Virus record (IMG/VR): IMGVR_UViG_2518645623_000001
Location: 1-43,022 of that record
DNA length: 43,022 nucleotides
Source: a virus
Strand: one strand, 5' to 3'
Positions within the stretch are counted from its first letter, which is position 1. Each line of letters opens with the position of its first letter. The position numbers and the translations under genes are program-made. Positions 1 to 9,000 of this stretch are shown here, one piece after another. Below the pieces are notes generated by a model, which worked only from the letters and a program-made list of their open reading frames with translations, made no database searches and was not told where the DNA came from.

Positions 1-95
1 GCCGCCTCGACCTTGGCGTCGAAGCCGCCCTCCACGGGGCCGATCTCCTGGTGGGAGCGGGCGTGCAGGAGACCGCGCAGGGTGTGCACGGCCTC
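1..95. repeat. Terminal direct repeat, copy 1 (identical to 42928..43022)
   Basis: Base-for-base identity with the last 95 nt of the window. It lies inside the endolysin reading frame. Confidence 0.97.
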
Positions 96-650
96 ACCGG
101 TCGAGCCGCGCTTGAGCTGGGGCAGGTTCTTCACAGCCTTCTCCATCCAGGATGACGGCGCCGGTGCGGCGCCGGTGGCGGGCATGCCGTCGCGGATCCA
201 CGCGCGCAGCGTGTCCCCGGGGCAGTCCGACGGCACGAGCTGGCCGTGGCCGCGGGCGGCGAGCGGGCGGCCGGCGCGCCGGGCCGCCTCGTCGTACAAC
301 CACCGCACGGCGCGTCGGGCGGCGGCGGTGATGTCGGTGCCGTCGCGGCCGATGACGCAGACGCCGATGCCCGTGGTGTTGTAGCCGGTGGCGTGCGCGC
401 CGACGACGGTCCAGCCGCGGCCCTCGTAGATACGGCCGGTGTGGTCGACCAGGAAGTTGTATCCGATGTCGCTCCAGCCGCGGCCGCCGCTTCGGGTGGA
501 GCGCATGTGGAAGGACTGGATGGACTTCACGGTCTGGGTGATCGGCCCCTCGCTGTGGTGCACGACGAAGTAGCGTCGGGCCGACCACGTGGTGGTGACT
601 CGGGACCGGGGTGGGGCGGCGCCCCACTGGCTACGGCTGACGATGTCCAT
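1..650 (-). CDS. Endolysin, N-terminal part: N-acetylmuramoyl-L-alanine amidase (amidase_2/PGRP type). ORF runs off the left edge and continues at 42837..43022
   Basis: ATG at 650..648. My translation is MDIVSRSQWGAAPPRSRVTTTWSARRYFVVHHSEGPITQTVKSIQSFHMRSTRSGGRGWSDIGYNFLVDHTGRIYEGRGWTVVGAHATGYNTTGIGVCVIG... The HHSEG and GWSDIGYNFLVD..G.IYEGRG motifs are typical of amidase_2. There is no stop before nt 1, so the ORF track omits it. Confidence 0.85.
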   Translation of the reverse strand, partial: MDIVSRSQWGAAPPRSRVTTTWSARRYFVVHHSEGPITQTVKSIQSFHMRSTRSGGRGWSDIGYNFLVDHTGRIYEGRGWTVVGAHATGYNTTGIGVCVIGRDGTDITAAARRAVRWLYDEAARRAGRPLAARGHGQLVPSDCPGDTLRAWIRDGMPATGAAPAPSSWMEKAVKNLPQLKRGSTGEAVHTLRGLLHARSHQEIGPVEGGFDAKVEA

Positions 651-822
651 GCTGATCTCCCGTGAAATGGGCGAACGTGAGGGCGGCGATCTGAGGTGCG
701 GTCAGAGCGGGCAGCCGCGCGAGCCGGTCGACCACGGCCAGGACCTCGCGGCCGGCGGGGGTGATCGGCCGCTCGGGTGGCGGGGGCCAGGCCGACAGCG
801 ACGGAGGGGCGGGCAGGGCGCG
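631..822 (-). CDS. Coding-looking segment without a canonical start. Either a readthrough extension of 823..1062 or a small protein with an unusual start
   Basis: Same frame as 823..1062, immediately after its TGA. Third positions are G/C-rich. It reads RALPAPPSLSAWPPPPERPITPAGREVLAVVDRLARLPALTAPQIAALTFAHFTGDQHGHRQP and stops at TAG 633..631. No ATG or TTG occurs in frame, and the only GTG would leave 34 codons. Confidence 0.3.
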   Translation of the reverse strand, partial: RALPAPPSLSAWPPPPERPITPAGREVLAVVDRLARLPALTAPQIAALTFAHFTGDQHGHRQP

Positions 823-1062
823 TCACCGGCACCCGAAGTCGGTGCGCAGGCGCTGCATCTCCTCCTGGACGCGGCGGCCGCGCGGTGTGGTCGCGGGTGC
901 ATCCGGGGAGTCGAGCGCCGCCAGGGTGCGGCACCAGCGGCGGTCGGCCTCGCGCTGGGCGTGGGCGGTGTAGACGACCACCCAGACGCCGAGCAGCAGC
1001 AGCGACGCCGCGATCGAGGCGGCGGTGCGAACGAGCTGCGCGCGGCGAACCGGCCCCGTCAC
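823..1062 (-). CDS. Small single-pass membrane protein of the lysis cassette
   Basis: GTG at 1062 lies 17 nt after the holin-like stop. One hydrophobic helix, AASIAASLLLLGVWVVVYTA. Third positions are G/C-rich. The upstream part of ORF 823..1200 is an Arg-rich shadow frame. Confidence 0.45.
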   Translation of the reverse strand: MTGPVRRAQLVRTAASIAASLLLLGVWVVVYTAHAQREADRRWCRTLAALDSPDAPATTPRGRRVQEEMQRLRTDFGCR

Positions 1063-1078
1063 CGGCTGACCGCTTCGA

Positions 1079-1354
1079 TCACGGCCCAGGCGCCCCAGGC
1101 GGTGAGGGCGGCGGAGACGACGGCGATCCCGGCACGGACTGCTGTTGCTCCGCTTCGACTGCGGCCGCGCGCAGGACCAGGCGCAGCAGGCCCTGACCAC
1201 CGGGCACCCCGACCATGCCCGTGAAGACGATCAGCAGGGTGACGTTGTAGTCGCCGGTGATCTGCTGCCACAAGATCCCGAAAGACCCAACGGCCAATAA
1301 CACCAGGTCGCGGACGATCTCGCGCACCGCGCGCAGCGTCGATGGACTCCACAA
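1079..1354 (-). CDS. Holin-like protein with two predicted TM helices
   Basis: In-frame TTG at 1354 is preceded by AGAGGGTG. Hydrophobic helices are VLLAVGSFGILWQQI and VTLLIVFTGMVGVPGG, followed by a charged/Pro-rich tail. It sits between the tail fibre and endolysin genes. Contains a TTA codon at 1298..1300. Confidence 0.5.
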   Translation of the reverse strand: MWSPSTLRAVREIVRDLVLLAVGSFGILWQQITGDYNVTLLIVFTGMVGVPGGQGLLRLVLRAAAVEAEQQQSVPGSPSSPPPSPPGAPGP

Positions 1355-1368
1355 GCTGTCACCCTCTG

Positions 1369-2934
1369 TCAGGTCTTGACGAGCAGGATCGAGTGCCCGC
1401 CGGACTGCGCCGAGTTCGCCGGCGTGAACGTCGCGTCGCGCGCCGGGACGGTGCCGGTCGCCGAAACCAGCTCGTCGCCTACGGCGATCGACGGCGCGCC
1501 GCCGCCGGTGCCGTACTGCACCGCGCGGGAGGTGACGCCACCGGGCAGCGAGACGCCGGTGGTGGTGGACGCCTTGTCCCACCAGACGCGGACCGCCCGC
1601 ACGGGCGCGACCGCCGCCGCGACCGCCGGTGCGGTGTGGATGTTGTCCACCAGCGTCTCGGCGGCCTCGACCACGGCTCCCACGCTGCACGCCTCGTACC
1701 CGGCCAGTACCCCGGACGCCTTCGTCGCCGTGGCCCAGCTCCACGTCAGCGTGGAGACCGATCCGGACGCGACCCAGATCCCCGACCGGGCCGCCGAGGT
1801 GACCAGCTCGGAGACCAGCGTCCATCCCGCCGGGACCGTCGGCGCCTCGGCGGTGCCCCACGACAGGCACGCCAGGACCGTGTCGGCCGCGGGCATCGTC
1901 GGAGTGAACGTCGTGGCGTTCGCGTACAGCTGGGTCTTGGCCATGAACGCGGGCGCCGCGGCCGGCGGCGCGGGTGCTTCACCGCCCGTCGCGGCGGCGA
2001 CGATGACCCACTGCGCGCCGGTCCACGTCCGCAGCACCGGCGGGGACGCGGTGCGGTCCACCCACACGTCTCCCACCGAGGGGGACGCGGGCTGGCTCAT
2101 CCCCTGGTTCAGCCTCGCGTTGCCTACGTTCGGCCCGTACCAGCGGCCGTCCGCGCGAAGCCCGGCCAGCGGGTTGTTGTCCAGGTCGGTCAGCTGGAAG
2201 GCGTCCGCGCTGTGCGACGGCCCGTACAGCTTGAGGCGCAGCATGACGTCGGCGGGGGTGGCGGCGATGACCCGGGGCAGCCCGTACTCGTTGACGAACG
2301 TGACCCGGCGCCAGACCGGTGCCTCGGCGGTGCCCACGTTCAGCTCGATCGCGATCGTGTCCGGCGCCGTCGCGCGGTTGCCCGCCGGGATGCGGACGGC
2401 CAGGGCCCGGGTGGTGGTGTCGCCCTCGGCGACGCGGATGATGCCGCCGCCGCCGGTGGGGACGGCGCTCACCGCGGCGGCGTCCAGGATCACGTTGCCC
2501 GCCCGCCCGTTGACGCTCGCGACCGCGCCGCCACCACCGCCTGACCCGGCGGCGGCGAGGGCGGCCTGGGCGGTGGCCTGCGCCTGGGTGGCCAGGGTGC
2601 GGGCCTGGGCGGCGAGCGCGGCCGCGGTGCTGGCCTGCAGGGCCAGCCGTGATCCGGTACCGGCGTCGGCCCACAGCACGGTGACGTCCTGGCCGTCGGG
2701 GCGGTCCGGTCCGAAGAACGGCGGGATCGTCCCGAGCGGGAGCACGCTGCCGTCGCTGCTGGTCACGGTCGTGATGGCTGCGCCGGATGCGGAGAGCAGG
2801 TCTGTGTACTGCTCGCCGGCGGTCTGCGCGGACCACAGCGTCAGCTCGACCGAGTACAGCTGCGGGGTGACGCCGTCGCCGCCGACCAGGAACGTCCAGT
2901 CGGCCGGACCGCCACCGAAGATGTGTCGTGTCAC
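1369..2934 (-). CDS. Tail fibre / receptor-binding minor tail protein
   Basis: GTG at 2934, 8 nt after the upstream TAG and preceded by GGGGG. It is the last 521 codons of ORF 1369..4239. Has an Ala/Gln-rich coiled segment, a Gly run, and the motif SVNGRAGNVILDAAAVSAV that is common in actinophage fibres. Last gene of the tail module. Confidence 0.8.
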   Translation of the reverse strand: MTRHIFGGGPADWTFLVGGDGVTPQLYSVELTLWSAQTAGEQYTDLLSASGAAITTVTSSDGSVLPLGTIPPFFGPDRPDGQDVTVLWADAGTGSRLALQASTAAALAAQARTLATQAQATAQAALAAAGSGGGGGAVASVNGRAGNVILDAAAVSAVPTGGGGIIRVAEGDTTTRALAVRIPAGNRATAPDTIAIELNVGTAEAPVWRRVTFVNEYGLPRVIAATPADVMLRLKLYGPSHSADAFQLTDLDNNPLAGLRADGRWYGPNVGNARLNQGMSQPASPSVGDVWVDRTASPPVLRTWTGAQWVIVAAATGGEAPAPPAAAPAFMAKTQLYANATTFTPTMPAADTVLACLSWGTAEAPTVPAGWTLVSELVTSAARSGIWVASGSVSTLTWSWATATKASGVLAGYEACSVGAVVEAAETLVDNIHTAPAVAAAVAPVRAVRVWWDKASTTTGVSLPGGVTSRAVQYGTGGGAPSIAVGDELVSATGTVPARDATFTPANSAQSGGHSILLVKT

Positions 2935-2942
2935 AAGGCCCC

Positions 2943-3869
2943 CTACGGCGCGATGGAGAAGGAGAAACGAATGTGGCGGCCCACGGGGATGTCGGCGTCG
3001 GCAGCGCCGAGCCGAACCTCGCCGTTGGTGGGGTTGAACATGATCCGCACGGTGACGCCGCCGCTGGTGGATGAGCCGGTGGCCTGGGCGGTCCAGTACC
3101 GGTACTTGCCGGGGCGCACGGCGGGGGGCAGCACGGTCAGCAGCGACCCGTCGCTGTCGAGCCGGGAATAGGTGCTGCCGATCCGGGTGACCTCGACCGT
3201 GCCGACGATGAGGCCGCCGAGGATCTGCGCCTCCATCGTTCCGGCCGAGACCCAGACGGTCGTCCAGCTGACGGGCAGGGCGACGGGGTCGGTGTCGCCG
3301 TGCAGGATCTTCCAGGTCGTGCCGGTGTAGCCGATCCACCGGCCGGTGTCGGTCTCGTAGGCCATCTGCCCGGGGCGCGGGCCGGACGGGCGGTTGCCGG
3401 ACGTGCAGGGCCGGATCAGCGATCCGATCCACTGGCGCTCGTCGACCAGGCCGGAGATCGCGGTGGCGCCCGGGGCGATGGTCCAGCGCCACAGCGGCCG
3501 GTCGGTCACGGTCGTGGTCGAGGTCAGCGCCGGTGCGCCCGCCCCCGCCGTGCCTTTCACCAGGACCGACCGCACGGTGTTCGCCGTCCGGTCCACGCGC
3601 TGCACCAGCCGGTCGACGCGCGCCGATCCGGCGGGGTTGGAGTCGGAGAAGTAGGTCTTGGCGGCGGTGTTCTTGTACCAGTGGGCGCGGGCCAGGGAGT
3701 TGCCGGTGGCCAGGCTGACGCCGCGGGTGCCGGTGGCGGTGACGGCCAGCGCGCTGGAGCCGGGCACGCCGATGACGCCGTCCACGAGCTCCTGCAGCAT
3801 CAGCTCCCAGTCGGCTTCCGTCAGGCTCGCGCCTTCGCCGGCGTCGAACGGTCCGCTGATCTCGGTCAC
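2943..3869 (-). CDS. Minor tail protein
   Basis: 308-aa ORF with GTG at 3869, directly after the upstream TGA (3870..3872). Third positions are G/C-rich. Lies between the Gp37-like tail protein and the fibre. Confidence 0.8.
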   Translation of the reverse strand: MTEISGPFDAGEGASLTEADWELMLQELVDGVIGVPGSSALAVTATGTRGVSLATGNSLARAHWYKNTAAKTYFSDSNPAGSARVDRLVQRVDRTANTVRSVLVKGTAGAGAPALTSTTTVTDRPLWRWTIAPGATAISGLVDERQWIGSLIRPCTSGNRPSGPRPGQMAYETDTGRWIGYTGTTWKILHGDTDPVALPVSWTTVWVSAGTMEAQILGGLIVGTVEVTRIGSTYSRLDSDGSLLTVLPPAVRPGKYRYWTAQATGSSTSGGVTVRIMFNPTNGEVRLGAADADIPVGRHIRFSFSIAP

Positions 3870-5117
3870 TCAGTACCTCCTTTGCAGCGCGCCGATGAGG
3901 TCCAAGGCGCGGTCGGCCTTGGCCCAGGATTCGGGGGTGTCCTCGGCGCCGTCGGGGTTGCCGAGGATGAGCTGGGTGGGGTCGCGGCCCTTGTCGGTGA
4001 CAGTGATCGTGGCGCCGGTGACCTGCTCGACGTAGGCCACGCCGGACGGGGCCAGCACGGTGACCCAGTCGCCGAGGGTGAAGTGGCGGCCGAACCGGCA
4101 GCGCGGGTGGTCGATGGCGGTGGCGGCCATCACGCCGGTGCGGCGGCCGCGCGCTAGCTCCTCGTCGCCCGCGGCGTCGAGCTCGGCGGGCACATCGGTC
4201 TGGCGCGCGTCCACGAACGTGCGGATGATCCGTCTCCACTGCTGCGCCGCGGCGAGGTCGCGGCGCTCGCGGAACGCGCGCACCGACCCCTCACCGGCGC
4301 CGGCGACGACGACGTGCGTGGCGGTGGGCGCGGCACGCTGGACGGTCGCCGAGCGCAGGCCCCGGCGCGGGGAGAACACGACGGTGTCGGACCGGTCGAC
4401 GGCCTCGTACACCTCGAACGTCAGCGGCCCGCCTGGGGACTGGGTGACGCGGACGCCCAGCTCGGGCGTGCTGGTGGAGCCGAGCTGCCGGACGATGTCC
4501 ATCAGCGGATCCCACCTGGCCTGGAAGGAGGTGGCCGACCCGCGGTTTTGGTTGGTCGCCACGGTCAGGGTCCGGGCGTTCGGCACGTCGGCGTCGCCTC
4601 GGCTCGCGTGCCGCGCCGCCCCGACGTTCGCCGCGACGAACGCTTTGATGACGGCTTCGGCGGTGCCGCTGCGGGCGTCGTAGGCGGCGGCGGTCTGCGA
4701 GGACACCGGCGCGGTCGGCACGGGGAACGCGAGCTCGTCGGCGACCACCTGCAGGTCGTCGCCGCCGGTCAGCTGGAGGGTGCCGCCACCGGCGGCGCCG
4801 CCCTCGGCCGACCACGACCAGGGCCCCTGGGTGTCCAGGTCACCGGAGATCAGGACACCGTCGGGATCCCAGATCGGGATGCCGCGGTGGTCGACCACGA
4901 TGAGGCCCATGCCGGGCTCCATGCGCGACAGCGGTCCGTCGGCGGGCCCTTCGATCAGCCAGGATCCGGCGCGCCGGTAGAGCAGGGAGACCTGTAGGCG
5001 GGTCCAGCCGCGGATCTCTCCGGCCAGGGCGAGGGTGGAGCCGCGCAGGAACGTGCGGATCCCGGCGGCCTGCCCGGTGCCGGCGGCCGTGCCGGGGTCC
5101 AGGGGGCCGGTCACCAT
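3870..5117 (-). CDS. Minor tail protein, siphovirus Gp37-like (tail tip/baseplate)
   Basis: Start taken at ATG 5117 (MVTGPLDPG...), overlapping the upstream stop as ATGGTGA. The region from VATNQNRGSATSFQARWDPLMDIVRQLG to RFGRHFTLGDWVTV resembles the Sipho_Gp37 family. Lies directly after Dit. Confidence 0.75.
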   Translation of the reverse strand: MVTGPLDPGTAAGTGQAAGIRTFLRGSTLALAGEIRGWTRLQVSLLYRRAGSWLIEGPADGPLSRMEPGMGLIVVDHRGIPIWDPDGVLISGDLDTQGPWSWSAEGGAAGGGTLQLTGGDDLQVVADELAFPVPTAPVSSQTAAAYDARSGTAEAVIKAFVAANVGAARHASRGDADVPNARTLTVATNQNRGSATSFQARWDPLMDIVRQLGSTSTPELGVRVTQSPGGPLTFEVYEAVDRSDTVVFSPRRGLRSATVQRAAPTATHVVVAGAGEGSVRAFRERRDLAAAQQWRRIIRTFVDARQTDVPAELDAAGDEELARGRRTGVMAATAIDHPRCRFGRHFTLGDWVTVLAPSGVAYVEQVTGATITVTDKGRDPTQLILGNPDGAEDTPESWAKADRALDLIGALQRRY

Positions 5118-6067
5118 CCCGCCTGCCACCGCACCTGCGCGTGCAGTCCGGCCGACGATCCGGCGGTGGAGTCGGTGATCTCGATCTGCAGGTTGTTCAC
5201 GCCGGGCTCCAGCTCCCACAGGTCGGGGTAGGGCTCCAGCTGCGTGTACAGGTCGTTGCCCAGGTCATCGACCACGGTGAGCTCGGACGGGCGGGTGTCG
5301 ATCGTGACCGTCCGGCCGCTGGCGATCGGCTCGGCGGGCTTCCACACCCACTCGCGGCCGGTGGTGAGGTTGCGGGCGATCGGCGCACCGGGGCCGGTGA
5401 TCGTCCACACGGGGTAGGCGTCGGCGTCGCCCGGGACGACCACGGTGACCTCGCCCAGCACCGCAGCCGGAGACAGCCGCAGCGGCAGCGCCCCGAGCCA
5501 GGGCACGCCTGCGTCCGACGTCCAGGACTGGGCGACGGTCTCGTCCCCGGTGAACCACGGCTTCATCGCGAGCAGCTCGAACCGCGGGTACTGCTGGTAG
5601 GTCAGGATGACGTCGTCCAGCACGTCCTCCTCGCCGTCCAGGCCGTCGTTGTAGAAGGCCAGGATGTGGCGGCGGGTGCCGTCGGGCAGCTCGACGGTCA
5701 GCGTGCCGGGGACGTCGACGCCGCCGCGGCGGTGCCGCATCGCCGCGTGCAGCCGGGCCCGCCGTTCCAGGTACTCCTCCGGGGTGGATCCGCGGACGGC
5801 CAGCGGGACGGCCATGAGGCGGACCTGGTCCACGATCGCGCGCAGCTGCGCGCCGCCGTCGGGGTCGGGGTCGTGGACGTTCTCCCGCGGTCCGAGGCCG
5901 AACCCGGATCGGCCCGGCATGATCTCGTAGCCCATTCCGCCGGTGAGGTCGAGCACGTCGCCGGTGGTCGAGGTCCAGATGATGCGCTTGGGCGGCCGCC
6001 GTGGACGGCGTGAGGGCACCGGCGGCGGTGGTGGCGTGGGAACGCCGGCCAGGATCGGCACGAACAC
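5111..6067 (-). CDS. Distal tail protein (Dit-like phage tail family protein)
   Basis: 318-aa ORF immediately downstream of the tape measure gene. GTG at 6067, or the second GTG at 6061, which lies 6 nt after GAGGAG. Confidence 0.75.
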   Translation of the reverse strand: MFVPILAGVPTPPPPPVPSRRPRRPPKRIIWTSTTGDVLDLTGGMGYEIMPGRSGFGLGPRENVHDPDPDGGAQLRAIVDQVRLMAVPLAVRGSTPEEYLERRARLHAAMRHRRGGVDVPGTLTVELPDGTRRHILAFYNDGLDGEEDVLDDVILTYQQYPRFELLAMKPWFTGDETVAQSWTSDAGVPWLGALPLRLSPAAVLGEVTVVVPGDADAYPVWTITGPGAPIARNLTTGREWVWKPAEPIASGRTVTIDTRPSELTVVDDLGNDLYTQLEPYPDLWELEPGVNNLQIEITDSTAGSSAGLHAQVRWQAGW

Positions 6068-6086
6068 CTCCTCGGGAACGGGTGGG

Positions 6087-9000
6087 TCAGCTGCGGCGGT
6101 GGCGGCGCAGCTCGCGCTCGGCCTGGGCGATGCCGTGCTGCAGGTCCTGGGGGGTGGAGTAGCCCGGGACGTGGTTGACGTTCAGGTTCTCGATCACGAT
6201 GGTCGGCGCCCCGTCCGCGGCGTACTGCGCCGCCGCGTCCATGCTGGTGAACACCGGTTCGGGGCGGCGGGTCTCGTTGATCGCCAGCGTCGCGCCCGGG
6301 AGCAGCATGCCGCCGCTGTCGAACTTGGCGATCCGGATCTTGCCCGGGATGAGCGCGGGCTTCTTGGACGGGGCTGGGCCCGGCTTGGTGACGGGGATGA
6401 GCGCGGGCTTCTTGCCGGGTGCGGGCAGCCCGAACGCCTTGGCGACTCCGGCGCCGAGCCGTCCGCCGAGCTGGTCCATCAGCTTGTTCAGCTCGGCCTG
6501 GCGCCCGTACAGGCCGGTCAGGAACCCCTGCGACGCCTTGGCGCCGGAGTCGAACATGGCGTCGGCCGAGGTCAGGCCCAGCTTGGTCGCGATGGAGTCG
6601 ATGCGCAGCTGCTGCTGGTTGGCGCGGTTGAGGGTGTTCTGGTCCCCGGCCAGGAGCGCGGCCGCGACCTTGGAGCCCTCGCCCGCTCCCATCCCGATGA
6701 TCTGGCCCAGCAGGCTCTTGTTCAGGCCGCGCCGCCCCAGCTGGGCGATCTGCTGATCGAACCCGGTGAGGGCGGCGGCGCGGTCGGACAGGCCCGCGAC
6801 GATGTCGCCGGCGGTGCCCTTGGCCGACAGGCCCGACAGGTTCGCGAACTCCTTGGCGGCCGAGGTGACGCTGCCCGCGAACTCCTTGGCGGCCGCGATC
6901 TGCGAGGCGACCTGCGACGCGCTGGCGGCGGCGGCGCTCATCGCCTTCTGGATGCTGCTCGACCACTTCAGCAGGCTGCGTTCGGCGGCGCCGCCGAACG
7001 CAGCCCGGATCTGCTTGTTCAGGTCCGCGAACCACGCGGTCAGCTTGCCCGCGTCGCCGAGCGCGCCGGGCAGCGCCGACCGCAGCGCGGCCCCGGCCTT
7101 GGCCCGCGCCGTCCGCGACGTGGTGGGCCCGGAGAACGGCGTGGTCCCGGGGACCAGGCCGCCCTTGGCCATCGCCACGACCGGCTCGGCGACGCCCGTG
7201 CCGTTGAACGCCAGCGTCCACCCGGGCTGCAGCAGCCCGCCGCGATCGTAGGTTGCGGTGCGGATCGCGCCGAGCGGCCCGTACCCGGGCAAGATCCCGC
7301 CCGGGTCGCCCGCGACCCCGAGGGCCTTGGCCAGGCCGTCGCGGTCGGTACCGGCGACGAACCGGCGGCCGAGGAGGTCGCGGCCGACGGGGGTGATCAG
7401 GCGGCCCAGGACGCCGCCGGTCGCCAGGCCCGGCGGCCACCCCCACCACGGCGTCGGCCGCGTCAGCAGGTGCTCGCTGATGCGGGTGCCGGTGCGCTGG
7501 GCCTCGACCACCCAGACCTTGCCGCCCTGCACGCGGCTGGCCAGGTAGGTGTGCCCGGCGTGGGGCTGGCCGACCGCGCCGGGGCGGGGGCCCGCGATGG
7601 TCTTCATGTGGGCGCGCTGGGTGTAGGTCGTGCGGGTGATCTGCTGCTTCCCGCCGCGCAGCCAGGCGCCCTGCGTCAGCCCGGAGCAGTCCAGACCGCG
7701 TCCCCACGCGGTGCCGCCCCAGACGTAGGGGACGCCGATCTGGGTGCGGGCCGCGCGGACCACGCCGCCCGCACCGCCACCACCGCCGAAGCCGTCCTTG
7801 AACGCGCGGATGATCGCGTCAGCCGCGGTCCACGCCTGGGCCAGCAGCGCCTGCGGCACGCGGGACATTCCGGTGCCCCAGGCGTCGGTGGCCAGCCCAC
7901 CGGCGTCGGGGACCATGGTCTTGGTGAGCTGGTCCCAGATCCGGCGGGGGTCGTCCAGCAGCGCCAGGCCGCCGCGCCCGACGTCGAGGATCTTCCCGGC
8001 GGCGCGCTTGATGCCGCCCAGGACGTCGCCCAGGACGCCGCCGCGCTCCAGCATCTGCAGGTCGCCGCCCGCGGCCGCCCACAGGCCGCGCGCCCTGTCG
8101 CGGTAGCGGGGATCGGTCGGAATCACGTACTCCGGCCACGCCTTGCGGCCCTCGCCGACGATCGCCATCGCACCGCGGGTCTTCATCGGCCGCGCCGGGG
8201 CGGGGTTGGCCAGGGTGCCGCCGCGTTCCAGCGCCGGGATCTCGCCCAGCTGCAGCCCCCCGGGCAGATGCAGCCAGGACATCACCCGGTTCCACAGCCG
8301 CCGGATTCCGGCGTTGTATCCCCGCTCGATGACCCAGTTCACGGGGATCTTCACCGCGCCGGGCAGGCGGCTCCACGCCGACTTCATCGCGTCGACGCCG
8401 CGGGAGGTCGAGGTGCGGACGCCGCTGGTCAGCTGATGCACGACGTCGAGCACGACGTCCTTGGCGTTGCGGGTGAACCCGATCATCCAGTTCCACAGGC
8501 TCGACCAGCTCGCGCGCAGGGGCGGCAGCCCGCCGAACAGCCGCTCGCGCAGCTGCGCGAGCATGACGCCGGTGGCCGTGACGATTTCGCGGCCCTTGGT
8601 GGCGCTCTGCCGCTTCCACCAGTCGTAGTGGCCGGTGATGCCGCCCCGCACGTTGGACCAGCCGTCGCTGAACCCCTGCTTGAGCTGGGGCCAGAACCCG
8701 CCGACCACCGCGCCCACGATCGCGCCGAGCGGGCCCATGAACGCCGCCCCGATCGCGGCACCCCACAGCGTGCTCCACGACAGGAAGTCGTTGCCGCCTC
8801 TCTTCGCGCCGTCGAACCCTGACCCGACCAGGCCGAGCTTCTCGGCGACCGATCCCGCCTTGTCGGCAACGCCGCTCAGCGCGTCGGCGATGCCGTCCAG
8901 CGCGGGCACCAGACTCTCGCGCCACCACACGCCGGCCTCGGCGACCGCGCCGCGCAGGTGGTTGTCCCAGACCTCGGTCCACGCGTCGCGCACCGCGCGC

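Noticed and set aside
823-825. The in-frame TGA as a selenocysteine codon
   Set aside because: I could not find a convincing SECIS-like stem-loop immediately downstream of the TGA, and nothing else suggests a selenoprotein. Readthrough, an unusual start or a sequencing error are more plausible.
1369-4239. The 956-aa minus-strand ORF as one giant tail protein
   Set aside because: Only the last 521 codons (from GTG 2934) read like protein. The upstream part is Arg/Pro/Gly-rich shadow sequence, and it overlaps the well-supported genes 2943..3869 and 3870..5117 in other frames.
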